Of a DNA stretch of 64,000 bases, positions 49,373 to 62,382 are shown piece after piece (within the stretch, counting starts at the first letter, position 1; each line of letters starts with the position of its first letter). This stretch comes from Callorhinchus milii (taxonomy: Eukaryota), in the NCBI RefSeq assembly GCF_018977255.1, contig NW_024704742.1, positions 9,364,001-9,428,000 of the forward strand. The letters run 5' to 3'. Both the position numbers and the translations under genes were made by a program. Below the pieces are notes generated by a model. That model had not been told where the DNA came from and did not search any database. It saw only the letters and a list, made by a program, of their open reading frames with translations.

Positions 49373-50901
49373 ATTACTTATTTGTAGTTGTTTGGAAGCT
49401 CTCAGGCTATGAACTCAGGTCTCTCGCTTGCAAAGCGAGTGCTCTAACCACTGAACTACAGGACTCCATAATTTTTGTCCATCTTCGACCAGTGCTCCCT
49501 CTGCCTCCTCGTCCTCCTTGACCTCTCTGCTGCCTTCAACACCGACTTCCGGTGCCTTGGGACGTCCTTCCGATGTGAAATGCCTATACAAATGTAATTG
49601 TTTTGTTGTTGATATAGCGGCTTATCACGTCTTTGAGATGTCTCAAAATGCTTCAAATGACAATCCTTTAGACCTGGTGGCCCTTTAAAAATAAATAAAA
49701 AGTGAAACTGGAGAAAAAAAGTGCGGATGATAATAAATAATCCTTGCATTTGGTATAACCTCTTTTCACTTTGGTTTAATGGTTCTACGCCTGATGCTCC
49801 CAGTTCACTCAGTTCCACAAGCGAGTCATAATCTGAGGATTCAAGACACAGCATTAGTCTGTGTAAACTAGATGTATAGCCCAGTCTGATATAGGAGCAC
49901 AGGCAAACAGATGCACAAGGAGCCATTCAGCCCATCAAGACTGTTCCATCAGTGGATTGGAGCTTGGCAGATCTTTTACTCTCAATGCCTTGCCTTTTTA
50001 CCATCCCCCTTTATATCTCCACTTTCCAATATCTATTTGTATCTTTTTTGCCTATGACTTTTTTAAACATCCCTTTTGTTTTCTGCCTGTATGACTTTCT
50101 CAGGCAGAGCGACAGTCCAATCCCCCTGACTCACTCCATGCCTCACCTCGTTCAAGGTCTGTCTCAAGACCTACCTGTTTGGTCATCTTTCCTCATCCCA
50201 CAACCCTCGGTTGCCCAACCACTACTGTTAAGCACCTTGGGACATCCTCCCAAAATCAAAGGCACTATATAATGTGATTTGTTGTTATTGTTGCTTAACC
50301 TACAACCTTCTGACTCAGAGGTGAACATGCCATGAACCTTTTAGAACTAAATTAAAACTCTTTCAGGTATATCCACCAGAATTTTGACTCAATAATTGCT
50401 CATGAATTATTCATTACTTCAGCATGAATCTTCAAAGGATTTCAGTTTTAACCAGATATTTAACTTCCTGAATTAAATTAAAGATAACCTCACCCACCCA
50501 CAAGAGTGTGTTGGCGTACATTTAATGTGTCATAATTACTAGCTTGAACTACTTGAAAACACACCTCATTCCTCAATTACCAGGGGATGAGTTTCATAAT
50601 AGGGTTTGACTTCCATAGATAACAGAGTTAATATTATTAGCAATTAGAAAGAACCTTATTAGATGCAGTAAATCTAAACTGAGCCAATTTACTCGTAGTG
50701 AGATCATCTTTGAGGATGAAGATACAAAACGTTTTCAACCATAGCAGCAGCTCTGATGGATCTATTAGGTCCAACCAGATGCCTACCCAATGTTGTGTCC
50801 ATGTCAAGCTGATTTGAAGAGGTGTGATTGCAATAAGAATGCCTTCTTCATTTCCTATGACCACCATGAGAGCTTTTGAATGTCGTATTTCGCCCACAGA
50901 A

Positions 50902-51021
50902 TGCCGCGTTCGCCCACAAATATACAGTCAATTCACTTTACAGTGTGTTCTGTGAAGCACTTTGGGACGTCCTCCCGACATGAAAAGCGTTATATCAAAT
51001 GCAAGGATTATTATTATTATT
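50902..51021 (+). mobile_element. Young SINE 3' fragment
   Basis: Tail gggacgtcctcccgacatgaaaagcg plus (ATT)n. Confidence 0.85.
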
Positions 51022-51033
51022 AAAATGTTCATT

Positions 51034-52029
51034 TGTTACTTTGGCTAGGGCTGTTTTGGTGCTGTGGGCAGCACGGAAACCTGATTGGAGGGGTTCGTGA
51101 AGGAAGTGGCGGGAGAGGAAGGAGTGAAGCTGGGAAGCAACAACTCTTTCGAGGACCTTGGAGAGGAAAGGGAGTTTGGAGATGTGGCAGTAGTTTGACA
51201 GCAGCGATGAGTCCAGGGAGGGATTTTTAAGAATAGGAGTGATGACGGACATTTTTAATGGGGTGGGAGCAGTACCAGTGGACAGGGAGAGGTTTATGAT
51301 GTCTGTGAGTAGAGGGGCAAGGAGGTACGGAGAGGGGTAGGAATGGGGTCGAGGGAGCAGGTGGTCGATTTCATGCAGGTTGTAGTGATGATGAGAGAGG
51401 AGTGGGAGACAGGTTTGAAGGTGTGGATGGAGGGATGGGTAGCGGCCGGTGTGAGAGGGAGAGATGGGGAGGGGGTGGAAGGGCAGAGGCAGCTGAGCGG
51501 ATCCCCTCAACTTTGGATTCGAGGATGTCCAGCATCGCCTCACAGTTGACATTGGAGGTGAGGATGGGCGAGGCATGAGAGGGTGGGCAGAGGAGCCGGT
51601 TCGTGCTGGAGAAAAGGAGCCTGTGGTTGAGCTTGGCCTCCAAGATTATCTTAGAGTAGAATGAAAATTTAACGGAGGCGAGGGTGGAGCAGTAGGATTT
51701 GATCAGGTCCAGCCAGATCTACCGATGGACCGTTAAGTTTGATTTAAACCAGGTGCGTTCAGCAGTACGCATCTCTGCTTTAAGGGAGTAGAGGTGGCTG
51801 GTGTACCGTGGTGACTTGCGTGAATAGGAGACGGTTAGGGAAGAGAGGGCAGCGAGCGAATCGAGAGTGGAGGAGACGGAGCTGTGGAGAAGAATGACTG
51901 AGGAGGATAAGTCATTGCGGGAGGAAGCCCAGAGAGGAAGGTGTTCAGATGACTCCAAGGCAGATGAGTGGGAGTGGGGGGAGATTTTTTTCCAGGAGTG
52001 GAAGGAGATGGAGGTGGGTTGAGGTGGGG
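51034..52029 (-). mobile_element. L2 ORF2 internal fragment (linker and RT N-terminus), pseudogenised
   Basis: LTDIINLSLSTG..P..LK...ITPILK....D...LSNY..ISKLPFLSKVLERVVASQL....LQSGFRAAHST.TAL; frameshifts; no 3' end. Confidence 0.92.
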
Positions 52030-52421
52030 AGAAAAAATTGGAGACCAACCATTGATTTAAAACAGACTCACCTTTAATATCAAATGCAAGGATTATTAAT
52101 ATTATTATCATTTACAAATTGTGAGGTTGTTCACTGTCATCTGGCTGGTGCTAGAAACTGGTAAAGAGTGAAAGATTCTACTATTTAGAACCCAGACCAG
52201 TAATGGTCAACATTTTTAGTCTGCTAACAAAATAATAATAATCCTTGCATTTTGATATAGCACCTTATCACGTCTTCGAGACATCCAAAGCCCTTCACAG
52301 AATATATTGACTACATATTTTGTGGGTGAAATAACTTTTCTTCATTGAATATTTCTTGATTTATGCCACAATTTAACAAAGATTCAATCAAGAAAAAATT
52401 GGAGACCAAACATTGATTTAA

Positions 52422-52876
52422 TTCCCATCCCCCAGAGGATCGAATTCAAGATCCTCATCCTCACCTACAAGGCCATTCACGGCCTTGCTCCCTCCTACCT
52501 CTCCGACCTACTATCCCCCTACCTACCTGCCCGTACCCTCCGTTCCTCTGGCTCCGGTCTGCTTCACATCCCCGCCCCTACCGCCCTACCATCGGTGGCC
52601 GGGCCTTCAGCCTCTCAGCCCCGAGGCTCTGGAACTCTATCCCCCAGTGCCTTCGCCGCTTCCTCCCTTTCCTCCTTCAAGGCTGCTCTCAAGACCTTTC
52701 TCTTTGACAGTGCCTTCAGCTCCCCTCTCGACTCCCTACCCCCTCCTTGCTCCCTCTCTTCCCTCCCCTCACCCTGACCATTTCCTCCCTGCTCAGGTCC
52801 TGACCCAACTGTACAGCGCCTTGGGACATCCTCCCGACGTGAAAGGCGCTCTATAAATGGAATCTTGTTGTTGTTG
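52422..52876 (+). mobile_element. 5'-truncated L2 with 9-bp TSD
   Basis: ttgatttaa at 52413-52421 and 52877-52885; RIEFKILILTYKAIHGLAP motif; (TTG)n tail. Confidence 0.93.
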
Positions 52877-53067
52877 TTGATTTAAAACAGATTCACCTGG
52901 ACGAATATGGATGTTTGGTGGGCCAATTCTTGTTGGCCCTGTGGACCACTTATGGGTCACGGGCTTTGGGTTGTCCATCACTGGCCTAATCTATTCATTC
53001 AGTTATTATGGAGTCTGTAAGTGCTTGAGGTAAGTCGCTCGCTAACTCACAGGGTAGTAGAGGTATA

Positions 53068-53435
53068 AATAATAATAATGTGATATAGCACTTTTCACAT
53101 CAGGAGGATGTCTCAAAGCGCTCCACAGGATACACTGTAAAGGGGAGTGACTGTATTGGTATGAAGGCACAGCAAGCCAATTGTGCAGAGCAATGTCCCA
53201 CAAACAGCCATGTAGTGAATGACCAGTTTTACCTGAGAGAATCCCATCTCTTTTTGAATAATGCCATGATCAGGCAGACGGGACCTTGGTTTAATTTCTC
53301 ATTTGAAGGACAGGTCTTCTGACAATGCAGCACACCCACAGTACTGCATTGAAATGTCAGTTTCGACTATGAGAGTTCAAATCTCAACATGGGGCTTGAA
53401 TCCCAAATCTTGACTCAGAGGTGAAAGTGTGCCAG
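53068..53435 (-). mobile_element. Deu-domain SINE
   Basis: Collinear with 2719-3102. Confidence 0.75.
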
Positions 53436-53864
53436 TGGTAATGGATAAAGGTGTGGGCATTGGGTTTAAAAGATCTGGCAAAATGTAATAAACTGTTTAA
53501 ACAGGCTTGATAGGTTGAATGACCTCCTCCTGCTCCTGTTTTACTCCTAAACAAAGAATTAATTTCAAACTCCTTGGATAATACCAAGTTCAATTTGGTT
53601 ACATTTCAGGCTGAAAATGGAGAAAGTAAGAACGGTAGAATGCAGAGACAGACTGAGGAGATTATACAGAATTACATAAACTGTATAGTAAGGCAACAAG
53701 TCGTTCAGCCTAACTTGTTTGTTCCCATTTTTCCTCCACTCGCCTAATCCTCCCTTCCATACCTCTCTATTCATCCATACCCCTCTACTGCCTTCTCCCT
53801 CATGGATGTGATTGAGAGAGAGCCAAAGATCTTAGGGATAGACCAAGAAGATGGAGACAGAGAA

Positions 53865-54300
53865 AACAACAGCACATTACATTTGTAATTTTACATTGGG
53901 AAGATGTCCCAAGTTCCCTGTACAGTCAAGGATTTGCACCCAAGCTGGAGATTGAGATCAGGAGAGGTGGAGGGCAGGAGGTGGGGGTATGATGGTGACC
54001 GAAGGTGCAGTTAATGAGGAAGGTCTTCAGACGTGCCTTGAAAGAGGCAAGGGAGGGGACAAGGCAAAGGAACTGTGGGATTGAGTTCCAAAGGATTGAG
54101 GGCAGAAAGGCTGAAGGTCCGACCGCCAGTGATGGAGTGGGCCGGGTGGGGGTCATGGAGCAGGCCAGACTCTGCCGAGTGGAGGGAGAGGACTGGCCGG
54201 TATGGAGTTAGCAGGTCACAGATGTAGGGAAAAACAAGGCTGTGAACGCTATCCTCTGGGGGATGGGGAATCAGTGGAGTTGGGTGAGGATAGTGGGTCA
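53865..54300 (-). mobile_element. L2 3' end
   Basis: LWNSIPQFLCLVPSLASFKARLKTFL and tail. Confidence 0.8.
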
Positions 54301-54994
54301 TAAGATGTTAAGAGACCGAGATCATAGGAATAGACCAGAGAGATGGAGACAGAGATAGAGACATCAAGGAAGAGAAGCCAGAGATAGCAGCTTGGTGAAA
54401 AGGACTAAAAATTGGTAGAAAACAATATAGACATGAAAAAATATAAGAGCATGGATTAAAATACACCTTATCTATAGGATCACCCATGGCTGTTGTGGTT
54501 CTATTATTTCAGCACATTGATGCACTGACTTACTGCCTTCAGATCTTCTGACAAAATAGCAGTGAATCACAGTTTGTGACCTTTAAAAAGTATGTTGTGA
54601 TGAAGCAGAAATCTGATCGGCACCGTAAAGGCATCGTTAGAGCCAGGCTTCTGTTTCATTTTAATCTGCTGTTTATTTTCATACATAATATTTATCTCAG
54701 GATATTTAGACTTTTAATCATGTATACACTTTGTAACAAATTATTGTACATATTGGGTTCTTTGCAACATAGAGCAATATGTCTACGTGTCCACAACAAT
54801 TTGTGTTTACATGAATGATACTAATATATCGCACGCAGAAGTGACTTTACAATTAGCTCCAGTTTACTTGTGATCTGAAGATCCACTTCCACATGGTCTC
54901 AGTGTAAAAAAGAGACTTATTCTTATCGTCTGTTTTTAACCAATAAATGTCAGATGATCTGTTCTGTCCTGTTCCATTAATACTTTCATTGTTT

Positions 54995-55175
54995 CATAGA
55001 ATCAAAGAATATTGCAGCACTGAAGGATGCCATTTGGCCCATCGTGCCTGTGTTGGCTCTTTGGAAGAGCTACCTAATCAATCCCACTCCCCTCCCCATA
55101 CCCCTGCAATTTTTTTCTTTTCAAGTACCTATCTAATTCTCTTTTGAAAATTGTCATTGAATATTTTTCCACCAC
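54995..55175 (-). mobile_element. CR1 3' UTR, (ATTCTATG)n family
   Basis: catagaatc terminus; similar to 12545-12778. Confidence 0.75.
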
Positions 55176-55397
55176 CACTGTTTACATGACATCTTTATGA
55201 AATTAAGGTTTTCTGGGAAGAAGAATACTGGGGAATATCATCCTCTACTTTCACCTCTGGGACCTGTGTTTGAATCCATCCCATGACAGATGTGAATTCT
55301 CTGCTATCACATTTTTTGGAGTCATCTGGATGTTTTGACACATGTGGAAAACCCATCACTATGCTTAGAAGCATCCAGAGTAGACTGACAGTGCCAT

Positions 55398-55725
55398 GTA
55401 ATCCTTGCATTTGATATAGCGCCTTATCCCATCTTCCAGATGTCTCAAAGCGCTTCACAGAATATACTGTAAAGTGAATTGACTGTATATTTTGTGGGTG
55501 GAACGTGGCAGCCAATTGTGTACAACAATGTCCCACAAAAAGTAGTGGGTTGAAGTGACTAATTTATTATTATTTTTTAAGGAATTATTATCCCCAGAAA
55601 AGTGATCCGCCAATCGACTAACAACCGGGCTCCTAGTTGCTGCTAGGTAAACAGTGTGGAGTAAGGAACTTGCCCAACATTCTGGCCTGCTTGCGAGGCG
55701 AGGGTCCAACCACTGAGCTACAGGA
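55398..55725 (-). mobile_element. tRNA-derived SINE, long subfamily
   Basis: Tail, core, internal segment; B-box region deleted. Confidence 0.85.
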
Positions 55726-56226
55726 GCTATAAAAGCTTATAAGAGCCAAAAGAGAATTAATTTAGGATGCCATCATTTTTCGTGGGCAAGACCAAGCACT
55801 AAATTAGCTCAAATCAGCACAAAGTGGAACTGCTTTACAAATCCAGCACTGAAGTAATATGTTCACTGTGTCGTGTCGTAAAGAATATTCTAATTTTAGC
55901 CGTTGAGAAGGATGAGATGAAATAGGCTGAAAGCCTTCATCATCCAAACCAATCTTGTGAGTATTAATGCTAAACCAGCTGAGGGAAGCTTTATGCTGCA
56001 TAAAACCGTGTTAAGAACTCCTGAACAACAACAACAACAACTTGCATTGATATAGCGCGCCCTCATGCAGGGTAGTGTCCCAGAGCGCTGAACTGCTTGA
56101 TGCTGGAACTGACTGCTCAAAGACTCGATGTGTTCTTTGCTTTCACTTTAATAGCCACTGAATTCACCAAGAAGAAGTAATTAAAATAAACCAATGAATC
56201 AAAATCCTATCGAAGCTCATGTGGAT

Positions 56227-56515
56227 CATAAGAACATAAGAAATAGGAGCAGGAGTAAGCCATTTGGTACCTCAGAACCTGCCCCGCCATTTAATAAGAT
56301 CACGGCTGATCTTCTAACCTAATTCCATTTACCTGCTCTATCCCCATATCCCTTATTTCCCTTTAGTTTTTAAAAATCTATCGATCTCAGTTTTAAAAAT
56401 GTTCAAGGACTGAGCATCCACAGCCTTCTGGGGTAGATAATTCCTAAATTCACTGCCCTCTGAGTGAAGAAATGTTTTCTCAACTCAGTTCTAAAGGGCT
56501 GAACTTTAATCCTTT
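56227..56515 (-). mobile_element. CR1 3' end, (TTCTTATG)n family
   Basis: cataagaacataagaaataggagcaggagt terminus. Confidence 0.8.
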
Positions 56516-57425
56516 AATTTAATTTAATTTGATCAAAGAAACAATGATGCACAGTGAAAACTCACGAGGAAGAGAGGTCAATAATCTAACCTATCATACT
56601 CTTATCAGTTAGGTGCCCTCCTGGTTAGTCTGGGATTTTGAATGCCACTTGTTTCAAACGGGGAATGAAAGCCAGACTCCTAAAATATTGACCTGAATAG
56701 TAAGTTCCCACAAGTTGTCCACAAGGTGAGCTTCCCCTGTATGATATTTCTAGAGCAGGGATGGGTAGCCTTCTACCACATCAACATAAAACAACATGTC
56801 ACCAATATGTTAACATACAGGAATTCTGCTGCAGCTACTTGCAATATTTGACTGACGAGCAATGTCTGTTGGGTTTACATGATGTTGATATCTGTTGAAG
56901 CCTTCTTCGGCTCTACCAAGGAGAGCAGTGAAGTGTAGGCAGGCAGTCAGGCAGGCAGGTAGCAACATATGGCAATTATTAACATTAACATGTTTGCTAT
57001 TCTGCGTGTAAACACCGTATGTCAGGGAATGTTCAGAGAATCTTTCAAAAAACCTCACTCTGTTTCCCATCCTCTCTCCCCCACCCACCCCCACATGTAC
57101 ATTGTGTTTATCAGTCTCTCTCTGAGTACTAGCTTGGTGTTTGATTTGCTTCTCTTTTTCCAGGTGTCTTGTTTTCTGGATTGCGTCTGTTCATCTCCTC
57201 AGTAGCCTCTCTAGCTCCACCATAAGCTCAAGCTCATCCAGAACTCCTCCACCCATATCATTCCAATATAGCTCGAGTGTCCATGACCGCCCTCCCCACC
57301 AGTTCTCGTCAGGCCCCACTAGTTTCCTGTAACCCCAATGAATCGATGTCAAGATTTTTGTATTTTCATGATTGATATAGTAATGCTCCATATTTCACTT
57401 TGACCAATAATTAATAGTATATTTA

Positions 57426-57670
57426 ACAACAACAACAAATTACTTTTGCACAATGCCTTTTACATCAGGAGGACGTCCCAAGGTGCTGGACAGTCAGGGA
57501 TCCACACCCGAGCTGGTGGCTGGCATCAGGAAGGGTAGAGGGCAGGAAGAGTAGGGTAGGAGTTTAACCAAAGGCACGGTCGAAGAGGAGGGTCTGGAGA
57601 TGGGTCTTGAGGTAGGAAAGGGAGGGGGTGAGACAGAGGGACTGTGGGTGGAGTTCCAGAGGGTGGGGGT
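57426..57670 (-). mobile_element. L2 3' end
   Basis: (CAA)n and tail; similar to 16697-16998. Confidence 0.8.
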
Positions 57671-57977
57671 GAATTTACTTTAGAATTAAAAAACATGCAA
57701 TGGGCGCATTCCTTCACGAAATACACAACCAACCTCATAATGGGTGTTTAAATCATGTTGCTCATTTTCTTACCTCTGGGGCTGAAGATTGTGAGTCCGA
57801 GTGCTATACCTGGAGGTCATAAGACAGATGCATCACTGAGGGAAGTGCTGCACTACTTAAGGTGCTTGTTCCAGTGGTTTGGATTCATGTTAAAACACTC
57901 TTAAAACACAACATTATTTTGAAGAGAAGTGAGTTCGCCCAATGTCCTGGCTGATACTCCTCCCTATATAGAGTTCT

Positions 57978-58335
57978 AGAGTCAGTGGTTAGAACACTTG
58001 CCTCACAATTGAGAAGACTTGGGTTTGATTCCTGGCAGGGTGAAACCTTAGGCAAGTTTCCTTTCTCCACATTGCTTCTGTTCACCAGTAGTAAGTAGGA
58101 AGCCGGTTGTCAGTTGATTGGTGGATTGTTTTTCCGGGGATAATAATCCCTTTTAAAAAAAAATAATAATAACTTGTCACTCAATCCACGATTGTCTGTG
58201 GGACACTGCTGTGCGCAATTGGCTGCCACGTTTTGCACACAAAATATATTCACTTTATAGTATATTCTGTGAAACGCTTTGAGATGCCTCAAAGACGTGA
58301 TAAGGCGCTATATCAAATGCAAGTATTATTATTAT
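57978..58335 (+). mobile_element. tRNA-derived SINE, long subfamily
   Basis: Head, internal segment, core, tail. Confidence 0.88.
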
Positions 58336-58704
58336 ATAGATCATCGATCTGATTGTTTGTTGAGGAACTTCGCTGGTGAGGATCAGCTGCCAAATTTGTC
58401 CACATAATAAGTGATGTTGGTATCAGCCTGGCTCACTCGGTAACACTTTTGCCTCTTAGTCAGAAAGTTGTGGGATCAAGCCCCAATTAGATAAGCACAT
58501 GTGGAGGAAATGTTAGGAGAAAGAGAAGGCAATAGGGATAGGAAGGAAGGCTTTATTGGAGGAGCAAACACCAAAGCTGACAATGGGTTGAAAGGTCCGC
58601 TACTGTGTCATAGATTTCAATGGTTCTATAGTTCAGAGTAAGTGCTAAGGAAGCAAGTTCAACAGGAATGATGTAGCAAGGTTCTGGGCAACCAAACTGA
58701 CATA

Positions 58705-59053
58705 ATAGAGATGTTCAAAATTATGAGGTTCTTTGACAGAGTAAATAAGGATTAACTGTTTCCACTGGTGGGTGGATCGTTAACCAGAGAACACAGATTT
58801 AAGATAATTAGCAAATTTTTCTACGCAACGAGTTGTTATGGTCTGAAATGCACTGCCTGAAAGGGCGGTGGAAGTAGGTTCACTAATAACTTTGAAAAGT
58901 GAATTGGATAGATACTTGAAAAGGAAAAAATTGCAAGGCCATGGGGAAAGAATGGGGATAGTGGGATTAGTTGGTAGCTCTTTCAAAGAGCTGGCGCAGG
59001 CACGATGGGCCGAATGGCCTCCCTCTGTGCTGTAAAATTCTATGGTTCTATGA
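58705..59053 (+). mobile_element. CR1 3' end, (ATTCTATG)n family
   Basis: Decayed ORF2 end; ends attctatggttctatga. Confidence 0.85.
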
Positions 59054-59351
59054 TCAATCACTTCATTTAGCTTGCGAATGATTTGCTATGAACTAGTTAC
59101 AACTGCATATTGTTGCAATTATATTGTGCAACATTTGAGTAAGCCCTGTTTCCTTACTTCAGAGATTAGACTACCCAATAGTACTTTAAATATTTATTCA
59201 AACTTAGAAAGTTAAATTGCAAACAAAACAGTGCCTGCCAGGATTTTCCCTCCAAGAAATACCTCTTCACATTTTACGCTGGAGCCTCATATCACTGCAT
59301 TGCTAACTATGTAACTGTTTTCTATTCATTCAACAGTCATTTTTTAGGAAA

Positions 59352-59665
59352 ACACAAAATACTGCAGATGCTGGAAATCTAATAATAATAATCTTTGCAT
59401 TTGATATAGCGCTTTCTCACGTCTTCTAGACGTCTCAAAGCGCTTCACGGAATCGACTGTAAAGTGAATTGACTGTATATTTGTAGGCGAAATGCAGCAG
59501 CCAATTGCACACAGCAGTGTCCCACAAACAGTCGTGGATTGAAATGACCAACTCCATCTGAAGCAAAAACAGAAGTCGCTGGGAACACTCAGCAGGTCAG
59601 ACAGCATCTGTGGAGAAAGGAAAGTGAGTCAACGTTTTGGGTCTATGACCCTTTGTCAGAACCGT
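59352..59665 (-). mobile_element. Penelope-like terminus with decayed hammerhead (59627-59663), split by a SINE (59381-59555, -)
   Basis: gctggaaATCT[SINE]ATCTgaagcaaaaacagaag; ggtt-CTGACAA-a-gggtc-ata-gaccc-AAAA-cgtt-gact on minus. Confidence 0.65.
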
Positions 59666-59675
59666 CCAATTCTGA

Positions 59676-59950
59676 TGGAGTAGGCCATTCAGCCCCTCGA
59701 GTGTGTTCCACCATTCTATAAGATCATGGTTGATCTGTAACTCAAGTCCAACCCTTGCCCCATATCCCTTAATATCCTGACCTAACAAATATCTACCCAC
59801 CTCAATCTGGACAATGTGAATGGATCCAGCATCCACAGCCTTTTGGGGGAGAGAGTTCCAGATTACACTATCCTGTGGGTGTAAAACTGCCTCCTGATTT
59901 CACTCTTAAATGGCTTAGCTCTAATTTTAATATTATGCCCCATTGTTCTG
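59676..59950 (-). mobile_element. CR1 3' end
   Basis: Similar to 56227-56515. Confidence 0.75.
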
Positions 59951-60260
59951 AGATGAAACACCAAAGGAAGTGCGTGACTTCCAACATGTTTTAATTTCCT
60001 GACACCTTTACCTCTGCCAACTGCCAACAGGAATCCATGCTACAACCTTCACAGGCTCATGATCTTGCTCATGAATTTTGTCTCTGCCCTCTTGTGAGCT
60101 AGTTCCAGCATTTGAGAAGGGGGTAAAGATATGTCAGGGCAATGTGTTAGTTTCCAAAGCTTCCAATTTTCATTCTAGCCATCTCTGCTTAATTTATTTG
60201 GCTGATGTTCTTCACAGATGAGAATCCCTTTCTGTATTCTTTTCTTTTGTGCATTAAAAC

Positions 60261-60493
60261 CCTGAAATTCCACCTAATCTCATGTTGTCAAAGTTTTTTG
60301 TCTAAAATTTAAGATTGTGCACATTTGTGGAAATGGCTTAAACTCGGTCTTAATTCGGAAACTGTTTTTTTGCAGTTTCGTAAAAGAAACCAACTTCTAA
60401 ATTAAGACTGGATTTAAGAATTGTCCACAATTCTGTTCAATCTCAAATTTGAAAGCAAAATAATCTTGCAGCCTAGATTTAATGAATTTTAGG
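60261..60493. mobile_element. Palindromic MITE (non-autonomous DNA transposon)
   Basis: cctgaaattc...gaattttagg termini, long imperfect complementary arms, TTAA within 2-3 bp of both ends. Confidence 0.7.
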
Positions 60494-60579
60494 TCTTAAG
60501 ATTGTCACTCCCGAAACACCTTGGTGCATGTTTCACATTTGGGTTCTCGAAAGAGACATGTGTAATAAAAGAAATATAA

Positions 60580-61160
60580 ATAATAATCCTTGTATTTGCT
60601 ACAGTGCTTTTTAACATCAACACAACTTCTCAAAGCATTTCACAGGAGATGGTGTAGTGACTGAGTATTCTGTAGGCAAATGCGGCAGTCAATTTGCACA
60701 TGGCAATGTCCCACAAATAGCCATGAATTGAATGAACAATTTTATCTGGGCTATTGAAAACAAAAACAGAAGTCATTGGGGACACTTGGCAGGTCAGGCA
60801 GCATCTATGGAGAAAGGAAATTGAATCAATGTTTCGGGTCCACGACCCTTCATCAGAGCACCGTTTAATGTGTTATCCGAAGGACTGCTTCTCCAATAAT
60901 ACGGCACTGTATTCATATATCAGCCTAGACAAGTGATGGTTAGATAATTATGTAGGGAAGACAAGTTTGCTGGGCTGTCGGGGAGAGTGGGCAGTGGGAT
61001 TGGATAGCTCTTTTCAAAGAGCCGACATAAGCAAGATGGGCCGAATGGCCTCCTTCTGTGCTGTATAATTCTATGATTTTATGATTCTATGACTGTATCA
61101 AGTCTCCATGTGGATCTTGAACCCACATCCTTTTGACTCAGCTATGAGAGAGAGCCTAGC
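60580..61160 (-). mobile_element. Deu-domain SINE with nested Penelope-like terminus (~60755-60860, -) and CR1 3' UTR (~60940-61092, +)
   Basis: SINE pieces are collinear once the inserts are removed. Confidence 0.65.
60824..60860 (-). ncRNA. Minimal hammerhead ribozyme motif, core boxes intact
   Basis: CTGATGA-a-gggtc-gtg-gaccc-GAAA-catt on minus; helix I weak. Confidence 0.6.
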
Positions 61161-61639
61161 TGACAACCCATATGGCAAAAATAATACAAAAGATTTGATT
61201 TACTGGGAGGTGAGCAATCAATGGAAGAAGCTCTTTGAGTCTCCAGCATTAGTCATGTGGTGATGTGGTATTAATGCATTTACAAAAAGATAAAATCTTT
61301 AGATAACAGCTGAATGGATAGAGTGTGTTTTGGGTGGGTTTGTGATCGCAAATGGATATTGTTTCATTGATGTCAACTTCTTTCTGAGTTTCTCTCACCA
61401 GTTTCATTAATGTTTTGCAGAGAATGCAGTACCACAGCAACATATTTACATTAACCTAGTAGAAAAACATTGGATTGAAGAATCAGTTTAAATCAAAACA
61501 CAGCTACAGTGCAGCCTTCAGCTTGTAGTGTAGATTGACATTCCAATGCAGTGCTGGGGCAGTCTCTGTTTCCTGGACGTCGCTTAATGTTTGGGATCCA
61601 TAAAATCCCTGTAACCCCTGTTACAGTATCGTGTGAGTG

Positions 61640-61985
61640 TGGCTCAGTTGGTAGCACTCTCGGTTCTAAGTCCGAAGATTGTTAGTTCAAGCCCCACATC
61701 AGGACTGGGAACTGATATAGTATAAGATGACGCTCCAACGCAATGCTGGCGATGTGCTGTATTGTTGGAGGTGACGTCCTTTGGATGAGACTTTAATAAA
61801 GATCCCATGGCACTATTTGAAAAGAGAAAGAAGGGCATTCACTTCATTGGCTGTGTGCAGGACATTGCTATGCGCAAATTGCCAGCAACATTCACCTACA
61901 AAATGCACAGTTGCTTCCTGTGAAGCGCTTTGAGACGTCCTCCCAAGGTGAAAGGTGTTATATCAAATGTAAGGATTATTATTAC
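61640..61985 (+). mobile_element. Deu-domain SINE, near full length
   Basis: tggctcagttggtagcactctc head, gttcaagcccc B-box, Deu core, tail. Confidence 0.78.
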
Positions 61986-62382
61986 TTCTTCCCTTTAAGC
62001 ACTCTGAGACACTACCCTGCATGAGAGGTGCTATGTAAATGCAAGTTGTTGTTGTTGTCCCCATCAGCCAATTTAAAATCTGTATGTATGTTTTCCCCTT
62101 GACTAGTCCCCTTGACATCAGTTTAAAACCATGACGAGGCAAGAAAAAAATTATTTCCTTTTACCTTCTGCATTGACCAGCATCTCAACAGCTTCACAGT
62201 AGTTGTTGTCAAATGTAGTAGCATTTGGTTTTTGTAGGCAAGTGTAGTATCTGCTTTATGTCAGCCAAGTCTGTGAGTTCAAAGTCCTGATATTAAACCC
62301 AAAACCTTCTAACTTCACAGCCGAGAGAGCTATCTACTGAGCCAAGCTGACAGGCATGGAATAGATGTAAACGAATGTACTT

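Noticed and set aside
50995..51576. 193-aa ORF with RT-like sequence as a functional gene
   Set aside because: Frameshifted, truncated L2 ORF2 fragment without catalytic YADD, running into a SINE tail
57141..57391. Overlapping short ORFs with a good plus-strand acceptor at 57163
   Set aside because: All frames stop within ~170 nt, no clear donor, no recognisable protein
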